Part shown: positions 25,870 through 33,291 of the stretch, piece by piece
How positions within the stretch are numbered: the stretch's first letter is position 1
Layout: every line of letters starts with the position of its first letter
Virus record (IMG/VR): IMGVR_UViG_3300029581_000014
DNA from: a virus
Length of the DNA: 59,677 bases
Reading direction: 5' to 3' (one strand)
The notes under the pieces: model-generated
The model's database searches: none
Told to the model about the DNA's origin: nothing
What the model saw: only the letters and a program-made list of their open reading frames with translations
Program-made: the position numbers and the translations under genes

Positions 25870-25992
25870 CAAGTATTCTTTAATAAGTCTTTCCAGTATT
25901 GCTGATACAGGAAGGTGTTCTTTGATTGCTTGAATTTTAATCTTTTTCAGTAATTCGCTTTCCATTGTTGTTGTGAATTTGATTTTTGACAT
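25846..25992 (-). CDS. Ribbon-helix-helix (CopG/Arc-like) small regulator (48 aa)
   Basis: SD aaaaaggaggt 7 nt upstream. 'KFTTTMESELLKKIKIQAIKEHLPVSAILERLIKEYL'. Under the track cutoff. Confidence 0.55.
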   Translation of the reverse strand: MSKIKFTTTMESELLKKIKIQAIKEHLPVSAILERLIKEYLSSLPNND

Positions 25993-26026
25993 TTTAAAAC
26001 CTCCTTTTTAAGTGTATTTTACCATA

Positions 26027-26088
26027 AATACGTATTGACGTAAAGTTATAAAATTGATATAATACACGTAAAATGGTATATACGTATA
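26027..26088. promoter_or_regulatory. Divergent control region: promoter TTGACG-17-TATAAT (26035..26063, +) embedded among ACGT-centred palindromes
   Basis: AATACGTATT (26027-26036) and TATACGTATA (26079-26088), plus gacgta and acacgta half sites. Confidence 0.5.
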
Positions 26089-26102
26089 AAGGAGATTGAG
26101 AA

Positions 26103-26909
26103 ATGGCTTTTAAGAAAGGAAATACACCATATAATTTTGATGATTTGACAGGAAAAATATTTAACCGCCTGACAGTTGTTGAAAGAGTATATAAGGAGAA
26201 CACCAAAAAGACATATTGGAAATGTAAGTGTTCTTGTGGAAAAGAAACAATTGTTGAAAGCTCGAAAATCAAAGGTGGATACACCAAGAGTTGCGGATGC
26301 CTTAATGAAGAAAACAGAAAGAACCATATAGAAGAATTAACTACACATAAAATGAGCGGTACTAAATTATTTAAAATTTGGTGCTCTATGAGAAAAAGAT
26401 GCGAAAACGAAAAAGAAACGGCATATATGTGGTATGGCGGCAGAGGCATTAAGGTATGTTCTGAATGGAAAGGTGAAAATGGATTTCAAAATTTTTATAA
26501 CTGGTCTGTAAAGAATGGCTATAAAAATGGATTATCCATAGATAGAATAGATTTTAACGGAAACTATGAACCATCAAATTGCCGTTGGATTACGCAAAAA
26601 GAGCAATGCAACAATACAAGAAGAAACATTTACATTGATTACAATGGAGAGCGAAAAACATTAAGTGAGTTATGTGAAATCCACAATTTGAAATATGAAA
26701 TTATGTACCATAGGGTTTGCAAATTAGAACTTCCTTTTGAAATTGCTATGAATTTAAGTGGATTTTGCAAAACGTATTACAACGGGAAAGAAGTAGATTT
26801 GAGACTAATATCAAGAGATAAAAAGATCGATTATAAAATTTTATTAAAAGAAATATTGGTAAACAAAAAAGATATAGAACAAGTTATATCAGAATATGGA
26901 GGTAAATAA
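26103..26909 (+). CDS. HNH-type homing-endonuclease-like protein
   Basis: 'TKSCGC', 'YGGRGIKVCSEW' and 'LSIDRIDFNGNYEPSNCRWITQKEQ.NN.R' are typical of phage HNH/AP2-like endonucleases. Confidence 0.6.
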   Translation: MAFKKGNTPYNFDDLTGKIFNRLTVVERVYKENTKKTYWKCKCSCGKETIVESSKIKGGYTKSCGCLNEENRKNHIEELTTHKMSGTKLFKIWCSMRKRCENEKETAYMWYGGRGIKVCSEWKGENGFQNFYNWSVKNGYKNGLSIDRIDFNGNYEPSNCRWITQKEQCNNTRRNIYIDYNGERKTLSELCEIHNLKYEIMYHRVCKLELPFEIAMNLSGFCKTYYNGKEVDLRLISRDKKIDYKILLKEILVNKKDIEQVISEYGGK

Positions 26910-27549
26910 ATTGGATGTTAAAAGAATGCATGAAATGATTGAGAAACTTTCTGAATGCGCTAAAACGCAGTTTGACAAAGGAATTGACAAAGTAGATACT
27001 TGCGAAATGGGAAATGTCATCGACATGATGAAAGACTTGTCGGAAGCTATGTACTACCGGGAACTGACCAAAACCATGCAGGAATATGACCCGGACGAAA
27101 ACATGGAAATGTTTGAACGTTATGGTGACGGTGGTAAACGTTTTTACGACCATTACCGCTATGCTGATGGGAGATTTGCACCTAAAGGGCATGGAACGTA
27201 CCGTAGAGGATATGAGGAACCGCCTTATTATCACATGACACCGGAAATGTATCACCGTGACATGGACAGAGACATGGGAAGAATGTACTACACTGAATCT
27301 TCTGCATCTACTAGTCCCATGCGTGATGCAAGAGAGGGCAGAAGCGGAATGAGCCGTAGAGCCTACATGGAAAATAAGGAACTGCACAAAGCTAACACTC
27401 CTGCGGACAAGGAAGCAAAAGTGCGTGACCTGAACACCTACATGACGGAACTGGCAACGGATATGTCCGAAATAATCAATGATGCCACACCGGAAGAGAA
27501 GTCTGTCCTTAAAAGCAAGCTGTCTGCACTGGTAACAAAAATCGGATAA
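26896..27549 (+). CDS. Hypothetical Y/R/M/D-rich protein (217 aa, or start at TTG 26911)
   Basis: Track ORF. ggagg lies 8 nt before TTG 26911. 'RFYDHYRYADGRFAPKGHGTYRRGYEEPPYYHMTPEMYHRDMDRDMGRMYY'. Confidence 0.6.
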   Translation: MEVNKLDVKRMHEMIEKLSECAKTQFDKGIDKVDTCEMGNVIDMMKDLSEAMYYRELTKTMQEYDPDENMEMFERYGDGGKRFYDHYRYADGRFAPKGHGTYRRGYEEPPYYHMTPEMYHRDMDRDMGRMYYTESSASTSPMRDAREGRSGMSRRAYMENKELHKANTPADKEAKVRDLNTYMTELATDMSEIINDATPEEKSVLKSKLSALVTKIG

Positions 27550-27556
27550 CACACAT

Positions 27557-27580
27557 AAGGGGCTTATTTAGCCCCTTTTA
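27557..27580 (+). terminator. Terminator hairpin aaggggc/gcccctt
   Basis: A 7-bp stem followed by tta; the T-run is short. Confidence 0.5.
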
Positions 27581-27596
27581 TGTTGGAGGTGGTAAG

Positions 27597-27917
27597 ATGT
27601 TCACAATAAATGGAATCGTTTGGAATTTAAGGCTTGTAGAGCCACACAGCACTATGCTAATGCGCTCTGATAACACATACACGTTTGGAATGACAGACCG
27701 AAATACGCAGTGCATTTATATTTCCAACAGAATCAATGGCTCATTCTTTGACCGTGTTCTCTGCCATGAGTTGTGCCATGCGTTTGCATTTTCATACAAC
27801 CTTACCATGCCGATTGAGGTAGAAGAGATTGTCGCAGACTTTCTAGCCACTTATGGAAGAAATGTGTTTGCGCTTGCTGATAAAATTATCAAAAATTACA
27901 TGAGAATGCTTGCGTAG
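27597..27917 (+). CDS. Small HExxH metallopeptidase-like protein
   Basis: SD ggaggtgg. Motif 'LCHELCHAF'. Confidence 0.5.
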   Translation: MFTINGIVWNLRLVEPHSTMLMRSDNTYTFGMTDRNTQCIYISNRINGSFFDRVLCHELCHAFAFSYNLTMPIEVEEIVADFLATYGRNVFALADKIIKNYMRMLA

Positions 27918-28003
27918 TGTTTTTACAAATGCTATAATTATAGGTGACCAAACTATAATTTATACCAGCTGAGCAGTAGCAATACTTTTCAGTAAAATGT
28001 GTT

Positions 28004-28026
28004 TTAGGGGAAAAATGATCCCCTAA
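28004..28026. terminator. Hairpin ttagggga/tcccctaa at the convergent junction. Two further hairpins follow at 28036-28054 and 28071-28092.
   Basis: An 8-bp perfect stem, between the plus-strand and minus-strand blocks. Confidence 0.55.
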
Positions 28027-28079
28027 ATATTTCTTTCGACGAATTTCGTCGAATTAAATAACGGCATAGAAAAGACCCC

Positions 28080-28757
28080 TTAATCGGGGTCATTTTCTTT
28101 TTTCCACATTTCCTTGTAGTGTTCAATATCGTCATTCAATATTTTTGTGGCGGTATCTGCTAATTCTTGGAAATATGTAATCACTTCGGAATTGCTTTTC
28201 GGCAATCTTCCAGTGCAACGCATAAATTCCTGCTTGGCATTGTCGAAATTATAAGTCTTACCTATCTGTAATAAAAGGCTGTGCATATATTCCCTTGTTG
28301 AAAGTTTGTATACACCGCATATAAAGTTGATTTTCCAACGATTGATACAAAACCAGTCTGTCTCAATCGGCAATACTGGCTTTTCCTCGATTGCTGTTGT
28401 GGGTTGCTGATTCTTTACCGCAAAATAAGCATCCACAAGAGCATCCTGCACTTTCCATGATAATTCGTCATTAAATGACTTTACAACTTTCAAATATCCT
28501 CGCTCTGTAATAAGCGTAGTACCTTTTTTATTAGGTGTAATTCCAGATAGACGAATTTCGTAGGTCTTAAAATCTGGCTTAACAACAATGTAGTCCTTTC
28601 CCTCTGAAAAATACTTTTTATTCTGCCTAAAGTTTCTGTATGCAGTCCCTGCCGGTCTTTGATGAGCGTTGTCAATATCTCTAAAAGTGACAACCCTCTG
28701 ACCATTGTATTCTCTGACAGCTAGTTCTGTTCCCTCAACGTTTACCAGTTCCGTCAT
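28080..28757 (-). CDS. ORF6N/KilA-N-type domain protein (antirepressor-like)
   Basis: 'YNGQRVVTFRDIDNAHQRPAGTAYRNFRQNKKYFSEGKDYIVV...TLITERGYLKVV' has the ORF6N pattern. Confidence 0.55.
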   Translation of the reverse strand: MTELVNVEGTELAVREYNGQRVVTFRDIDNAHQRPAGTAYRNFRQNKKYFSEGKDYIVVKPDFKTYEIRLSGITPNKKGTTLITERGYLKVVKSFNDELSWKVQDALVDAYFAVKNQQPTTAIEEKPVLPIETDWFCINRWKINFICGVYKLSTREYMHSLLLQIGKTYNFDNAKQEFMRCTGRLPKSNSEVITYFQELADTATKILNDDIEHYKEMWKKENDPD

Positions 28758-28890
28758 ATTCTTTCACCAGCCTTTCAATTCGCTTCAATTTATCTTTCAG
28801 TCTTTCATTTTCAGCTACCACGGCACTGTATGATTCTACCATGTGTTCGTATCGTTCCTTTGGAATGGAAATCAATGTAAAAGTTTTCAT
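28735..28890 (-). CDS. Small coiled-coil protein (51 aa)
   Basis: ATGA overlap with the upstream gene. Its end overlaps the start of the 28757 gene. Under the track cutoff. Confidence 0.4.
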   Translation of the reverse strand: MKTFTLISIPKERYEHMVESYSAVVAENERLKDKLKRIERLVKEYDGTGKR

Positions 28891-29144
28891 TTATTTTTAC
28901 CTCCATCCACGCAAATATTTACCTTGCCATTAGACAGGCACTTGCAAGCATAAGAAAATCCTGCAATAAAAGCATTCTCTTGGACTTTCCATACTCTCTT
29001 GTTTATTGTTCTCTCTATGTTATCAGCTAACTTGCTATTGAGAATTTCATACAATTTTCCGATTACTTCGTTGTAATCATCCCAACTTATGGTGTTATCC
29101 TCATTCTGCCACTGGCTATAAATCATTTTTGCAAATTCTTCCAT
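28887..29144 (-). CDS. Hypothetical protein (85 aa)
   Basis: Track ORF with SD aaaggagaaatga. Confidence 0.55.
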   Translation of the reverse strand: MEEFAKMIYSQWQNEDNTISWDDYNEVIGKLYEILNSKLADNIERTINKRVWKVQENAFIAGFSYACKCLSNGKVNICVDGGKNK

Positions 29145-29337
29145 GTGTCATTTCTCCTTTTCTTTGAAAATAGGACACAACCTATCTGTTATGGGGTGGG
29201 GAGATAAGCTGTGCCCTATGATTGCAGAGATTTCAAATTTCTTGTCACTGTGCCGTTTTCAGTGACATTATTCGCTACTTGTTCGCTACCGTGAATACGG
29301 GTTATTTGGACACGGCATACAGTTACCGAAATCTCTG

Positions 29338-29437
29338 TTGATTCTCTCTCGGAAAAATGGTATTATAGATTTACCATCTCTTTGAGAGTGGTGCAGAAGA
29401 GTGATTGCTAAAGTTTTTGCGGACTGGCAATCACTTT
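29338..29437 (+). ncRNA. Candidate small RNA A: promoter TTGATT-17-TATTAT (TG-extended), about 70-nt transcript with stem-loop ACCATCTC-tttg-AGAGTGGT and terminator agtgattgc/gcaatcact + T5
   Basis: Read directly. Convergent with the RHH gene 29438..29623 and antisense to the minus-strand operon. Confidence 0.4.
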
Positions 29438-29623
29438 TTAATTGTTACCGATTTCTTCATCAACTTTAGTATTAAACCATTCCTTTTTAGTGATTCCTTT
29501 TTCAGAGAGTTTTTCTTCTAACTTGTCAAACTTCTCTTTTTCAATTTCGACACTAAAGTTTTTGGTATTCTCCCTCCGCTTTTTCATGTAATCGGCTCTG
29601 CTTTTAAATGCTATGGTTATCAC
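29438..29623 (-). CDS. Small RHH-like protein (start codon uncertain)
   Basis: In the track ORF the annotated GTG sits inside SD aaggaggtg. The real start may be ATA/ATG downstream. 'KNFSVEIEKEKFDKLEEKLSEKGITKKEWF'. Confidence 0.45.
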   Translation of the reverse strand: MITIAFKSRADYMKKRRENTKNFSVEIEKEKFDKLEEKLSEKGITKKEWFNTKVDEEIGNN

Positions 29624-29629
29624 CTCCTT

Positions 29630-29670
29630 GTTACGAGTTACATTATATAACGTTACGAGTTACAAGTCAA
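29630..29670 (-). promoter_or_regulatory. Promoter TTGACT-17-TATAAT with two direct GTAACTCGTAAC repeats (one in the spacer, one after the -10)
   Basis: On the minus strand: -35 at 29665-29670, -10 at 29642-29647, repeats at 29652-29663 and 29630-29641. Confidence 0.6.
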
Positions 29671-29751
29671 GCATTTTTTCAAAATTAAAATTTCTAAAAA
29701 TCTGTCCATAATTTTTTTCTCCTTTTGATTGATTTTCCCAAAAGAAGATGT

Positions 29752-29830
29752 TAAAATAAGTTATCACTTCTTTGGGAGTGGGAGAGTAACCGTAATGCTT
29801 TGGTTGGTGGAACGGTTACTCTATTTTTTT
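29752..29830 (+). ncRNA. Candidate small RNA B (paralog of A): TG-extended TAAAAT, stem-loop CACTTC-tttg-GGAGTG and terminator gagtaaccg/cggttactc + T-run
   Basis: Same architecture as RNA A. The terminator overlaps the stop of the convergent gene 29821..30000. Confidence 0.4.
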
Positions 29831-30000
29831 ATCCTATTGTGGTAATCATTTACCATTTCTTCAAACAATTCAGTTTGAGTAACCTCTGCATTTTCTGCAC
29901 ATTCTTGAAATTTATGTACCGTAGTTTCTGTTGCTCTTAATGAAATACGTTTGTTTTTAGGTTCATCACCTACAATAGGCCGGCCTGTTCTTGGCGACAT
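29821..30000 (-). CDS. Ribbon-helix-helix (CopG-like) small protein (59 aa)
   Basis: SD gaggtga 6 nt upstream. 'GRPIVGDEPKNKRISLRATETTVHKFQECAENAEVTQTELFEEMV'. Under the track cutoff. Confidence 0.55.
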   Translation of the reverse strand: MSPRTGRPIVGDEPKNKRISLRATETTVHKFQECAENAEVTQTELFEEMVNDYHNRIKK

Positions 30001-30023
30001 TTATTTTCACCTCACTTTCGTAC

Positions 30024-30058
30024 ACCCATATATTATAATATGGGTAGCCATAAGTCAA
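30024..30058 (-). promoter_or_regulatory. Promoter TTGACT-17-TAATAT overlapped by inverted repeat ACCCATAT-N6-ATATGGGT
   Basis: -35 at 30053-30058 and the IR at 30024-30045. The flanking aagtcaagca(c)ttttttcaaaa is shared with the 29665 promoter. Confidence 0.55.
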
Positions 30059-30067
30059 GCACTTTTT

Positions 30068-30104
30068 TCAAAAAAATAAAAATGCCCTAGATTGAATCTA
30101 GGGC
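30068..30104 (-). terminator. Rho-independent terminator after the Rha gene (gccctagat/atctagggc + T-run on the minus strand)
   Basis: A 9-bp stem followed by atttttattttttt in minus sense. Confidence 0.7.
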
Positions 30105-30109
30105 GTCTA

Positions 30110-30757
30110 TCATCCGGCCAGTTTATTCACCGACTTATTTTCCAAAAATTCCTTAATTTCTCCGTATCCCCAACCGTATCCAACCAGTGAACTTACAAGC
30201 ATTTCTGCATTCTGAACTAACAGTAGTTCTTCCTCAGTCAGATAATCCCGGATGTTTTCTTTGTTGCCAATATTAAGGTCAAGCCGTAATTGCTTTGCGG
30301 TTTTTCCGAATACTGATTTATAAATCAAATCGGTGTAGGTAGAGTATGCATGACCGTGCATCCGTTCATTTTCGGAAGTCCTCTGCAAACTATCCGTAAG
30401 TACCCTGCGGACACCAATTCCTTTTTCACGTTCCCGTATTTTGCCGATAAGAGCCTTTTCCATAGCGTTAAACTGCCGTATATAGGCTTCCTTGAACTGC
30501 ATAGCTTTTTCACCAGTGTATCCCATAGCAAGAAGAGTAAAGCCGTCTCTTGTCATAATAAACATTGGCTGCTTATGCCCTTGCTCATTCACATAATTCG
30601 ACTGCACAAAATTGCGCAGTCGAAATTCTTCACTGCATTTCAAATCACGTATGTCTTGTAACACTCTACGGTGTTCTTTTCCGAACGTTTCCGCAATATC
30701 AAGGCTTGTTACAACGGTTACTTCTTCTTTGTTTACTGTTTTGATTTCAACTAACAT
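30110..30757 (-). CDS. Rha-family phage regulatory protein
   Basis: 'VTSLDIAETFGKEHRRVLQDIRDL...MFIMTRDGFTLLAMGYTGEKAMQFKEAYIRQF' has the Phage_pRha pattern. Confidence 0.75.
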   Translation of the reverse strand: MLVEIKTVNKEEVTVVTSLDIAETFGKEHRRVLQDIRDLKCSEEFRLRNFVQSNYVNEQGHKQPMFIMTRDGFTLLAMGYTGEKAMQFKEAYIRQFNAMEKALIGKIREREKGIGVRRVLTDSLQRTSENERMHGHAYSTYTDLIYKSVFGKTAKQLRLDLNIGNKENIRDYLTEEELLLVQNAEMLVSSLVGYGWGYGEIKEFLENKSVNKLAG

Positions 30758-30979
30758 TTTCTACCTCCAACAAATACATTGTCATGGGGCAGAAGAGCAT
30801 AAAAATAAGCCCACTACCCCTGTTACTGTTGGAGTAGCGAACTTCCAATCTTTTTTTGGTCTGTCTTTATTCCGGGTCTTGGTTACAATCTAGGCTGTCT
30901 AATCAGCTTTCACTCTCCGGACGTGGTGCAAGACTTCCTAACTGACATATATTATACCATGCAGAACGTAGATTCGCAA
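30758..30979 (-). promoter_or_regulatory. Rha-operon promoter (TTGCGA-17-TATAAT, TG-extended) plus 190-nt structured leader ending in an intrinsic terminator (30799..30837). Paralog of the late-operon leader at 35094..35253.
   Basis: Shares CAGTTAGGRAG, GAGTGA, ACAGCC, a 17-nt identity AGATTGTAACCAAGACC (30875-30891) and GACAGACC with the 35.1-kb copy. Confidence 0.55.
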
Positions 30980-31014
30980 CAAAAATAAGAGCACCCTTTC
31001 GGATGCCCTTAAAA

Positions 31015-31638
31015 TCAGTTATCTTGATGCTCGGATAAGTCGTAAATAACTTCATCTGTGTCTTGGTCTACAATTAACACATTGAAGTCTCTGTCTTCAG
31101 GTGGAACTAAATTATATGCTTGAATAGAGTCACTTAATACTCCGCATATAATTGACACGCCAAAAGGAATAAAAGGATTGCCAGCTTCATATTCTTCCTT
31201 GTCTGCATAAAAAGTAAACTCTGAAAAATCATCGTTGTAGTCTACTGATTTTAGAGAAGCATACTGCTCATCAGAAAAAATTTGCTGAAACGTAGAGTTA
31301 AGATTATCTTTGCTTAATATCTCGTCTAATGTAGCTTGTCTCTTTGATTCCTTAATTGTAAGCGTGTAGTGGTCATCATCATATACCTCAACTACGGCAT
31401 CAGGATTTTCTTTTTTATAATCTGCCACATATTGTTCAATCCCTACGTTGTTGAAATCGTAAGCAGACAAGATAATATCAACATCCTTGTCAAAAAGCTG
31501 TGGTGTTTCTGATTCCTCTACTGGTGATACGTTTGGTGTTTCTTGTGGTTTTTGTGTAAGGTCTACGGTGTTCGTCTGTGACCCACAACCGCAGACAAGA
31601 AGTGATAAAGACAGTAGTAATGGAATAATTCGTTTCAT
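31015..31638 (-). CDS. Lipoprotein (207 aa)
   Basis: 'MKRIIPLLLSLSLLVCGCGS' is a signal peptide with a lipobox. Second ATG chosen, 8 nt after ggggga. Confidence 0.7.
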   Translation of the reverse strand: MKRIIPLLLSLSLLVCGCGSQTNTVDLTQKPQETPNVSPVEESETPQLFDKDVDIILSAYDFNNVGIEQYVADYKKENPDAVVEVYDDDHYTLTIKESKRQATLDEILSKDNLNSTFQQIFSDEQYASLKSVDYNDDFSEFTFYADKEEYEAGNPFIPFGVSIICGVLSDSIQAYNLVPPEDRDFNVLIVDQDTDEVIYDLSEHQDN

Positions 31639-31713
31639 AAACATTTCCCCCTATAGGTTTATTAAAAATCTCATTTTTTGAGATCTTTTTCGTAAAAAAT
31701 TTTGTGTCAACCG

Positions 31714-31771
31714 TTTTCATACCCCCGTAGGTCTGCATTTTCAACCGAAAATCTCGTTTTCAGAGGTTTTT
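31714..31771. repeat. Imperfect direct repeat, copy A (about 58 bp)
   Basis: TTTTCATACCCCCGTAGGTCTGCATTTTCAACCGAAAATCTCGTTTTCAGAGGTTTTT. About 75% identical to copy B. Confidence 0.8.
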
Positions 31772-31807
31772 GAAAGAAAAATTTTTCTACAAATTTCGTG
31801 CTAAAAA

Positions 31808-31866
31808 TTTTCAATCCCCCCGGGGTAGCACTTTTCAAGCTGAAAAATCCGTTTTCAGAGATTTTT
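31808..31866. repeat. Imperfect direct repeat, copy B (about 59 bp)
   Basis: TTTTCAATCCCCCCGGGGTAGCACTTTTCAAGCTGAAAAATCCGTTTTCAGAGATTTTT. Confidence 0.8.
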
Positions 31867-31928
31867 CACTGATTTTTTTATGCCGATTGAAGGCATGAAA
31901 CGCTTGTAAGCTCTTGTGGTGCATCCGG

Positions 31929-32123
31929 TCACCGTGTCGCAGCTTTCGCAAGGTCTCCGACAGCCGAAAGAATAGCATCGTGCGCAGACCGCAACAGCTC
32001 CGCAGATTCAGGAGACAGAACACCGGCGGCATTCTCTACCCTTATGACGGTTTCCAACCGTTCCCCGGCATCCGCTACGATCTCCATGATATCGTATACA
32101 TGACCGATTCCTACTTTTCGCAT
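31929..32123 (-). CDS. Hypothetical protein (64 aa) in a GC-richer patch
   Basis: Track ORF with SD aggggga. Upstream promoter TTGACG-18-TAAAAT (TG-extended). Confidence 0.5.
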   Translation of the reverse strand: MRKVGIGHVYDIMEIVADAGERLETVIRVENAAGVLSPESAELLRSAHDAILSAVGDLAKAATR

Positions 32124-32292
32124 TTTGATAAAATCCCCCTTGTAATATTTGATTTTACACCAAGACAGCGCAAGCCGTCAATATATCTGGGTGCAGGATC
32201 TGACCGGATCCGGTGGAAGAGTAACACAAATAGACCGCCAGGCGGCATCAGATCCCACTGAACACGACAAAAAGACGGTTGTAAGCCGTCTT

Positions 32293-32409
32293 TTATCTGT
32301 TTTCAAGTTCAAAAATTGCCCACCGCATAGCGGCGACTGTCTCCGTGTCTTTCTCTCGCTCCGCACGCTCTAACAGCTTGTAAAGTCTTTCAAGGTTCTT
32401 TTCTTCCAT
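32293..32409 (-). CDS. Small hypothetical protein (38 aa)
   Basis: SD taggaggt 8 nt upstream. Followed by terminator gacgg/ccgtc + T5 (32268-32292, minus). Confidence 0.45.
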   Translation of the reverse strand: MEEKNLERLYKLLERAEREKDTETVAAMRWAIFELENR

Positions 32410-32500
32410 CTTGGCAACCTCCTATTTTTAATTTTAGGGCAGATTCCACCCATAAAACCGCCGCCGGTAGTGATCCGGCGGGCATCCTCTGCGGCGGCTG

Positions 32501-32839
32501 TCAAGGTTCAAAATCTATAATTCCTAAATAAAATTGATCTTTAAAGTTATTAAAAAAATGATCTTTTAAATCTGATAATGTTTTTTCTCCATTTTTTAAC
32601 GATTCAAAATCACTCAACACCATTTCATCAGTATAATTTGCATATTTATATTAACTAATTGATATCCTAAATTTTTCCCCGGATTTTACCCATCCACAAC
32701 AACCGGAATTTTTAGCAACTGGATATGCACCTATCTCATATCCATATAAATCCATATAATCTTTTGTGTTTTTATCGTGCCAATCCTCTAGCTGTATTAA
32801 TGTACCGTCAGGCATTTTCGATTTTTCTATAATTTTCAT
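32501..32839 (-). pseudogene. Conserved-looking ORF interrupted by one in-frame TAA (32651..32653)
   Basis: Track ORF 32651..32857 (start at M7, SD ggaggag) and a 40-codon ORF 32501..32623 are in the same frame, separated only by TAA. The reading is ...GEKFRISIS*YKYANYTDEMVLSDFESLKNGEKTL... Confidence 0.5.
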
Positions 32840-32921
32840 TTTCTCGCTCCTCCGCATTTTTCAAATTTTCCCGTTTCCGGGTAAAAGCAAGCCGGGGCAC
32901 GATCCCCGGTGTAAGCCTGTC

Positions 32922-33290
32922 TTACTTGCTAAATTTAACAATATGATAAATTATATCAAAAGAATGGCTTAATGCTCTTGCCTGTGTGTCTAACCATTCC
33001 TCGGATCTGTTTGGTTTGTTCTCGCCGCCACAAACCTTTTTTAACTCAGACGGGCAACAGAGACGTTCGGCAATGTCACAATCATAAATCAGAGAGCAGC
33101 CGCCCCAACTGTACTGTTTCCAGTCAGCGGCGCCATTCAGTAAAAGGCTTTTTAACTCTGTTTTGTCCTGCGGAATCTCTTCAACTTCTAGAGCTTCTAC
33201 AAGCTCATAAGCATAGATCTTTACACCTTTATTCCATGCGCTTCTTGCCTTGCTGTTGTTGATTGCTTCTAATAATTCATTCTTTCTCAT
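32922..33290 (-). CDS. Hypothetical protein (122 aa)
   Basis: Track ORF followed by hairpin ccgggg/ccccgg (32886-32903). Confidence 0.6.
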   Translation of the reverse strand: MRKNELLEAINNSKARSAWNKGVKIYAYELVEALEVEEIPQDKTELKSLLLNGAADWKQYSWGGCSLIYDCDIAERLCCPSELKKVCGGENKPNRSEEWLDTQARALSHSFDIIYHIVKFSK

Positions 33291-33291
33291 A

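Noticed and set aside
30900-30925. Hammerhead-like core words (GAAA ... CUGAUUAG) in the Rha leader.
   Set aside because: The words are not conserved in the paralogous late-operon leader, and the required helices are absent.
31714-31866. GTTTTCAGAG-containing repeats superficially resembling type II CRISPR repeat or tracr sequence.
   Set aside because: There are only two imperfect copies, with no spacer-like unique inserts of the right size and no cas genes.
32651-32653. Genome-wide TAA (or other stop) reassignment, as seen in some gut phages.
   Set aside because: All large genes (terL, portal, capsid, tape measure, ATPase, integrase) are uninterrupted in code 11. The observation is a single event in an accessory gene.
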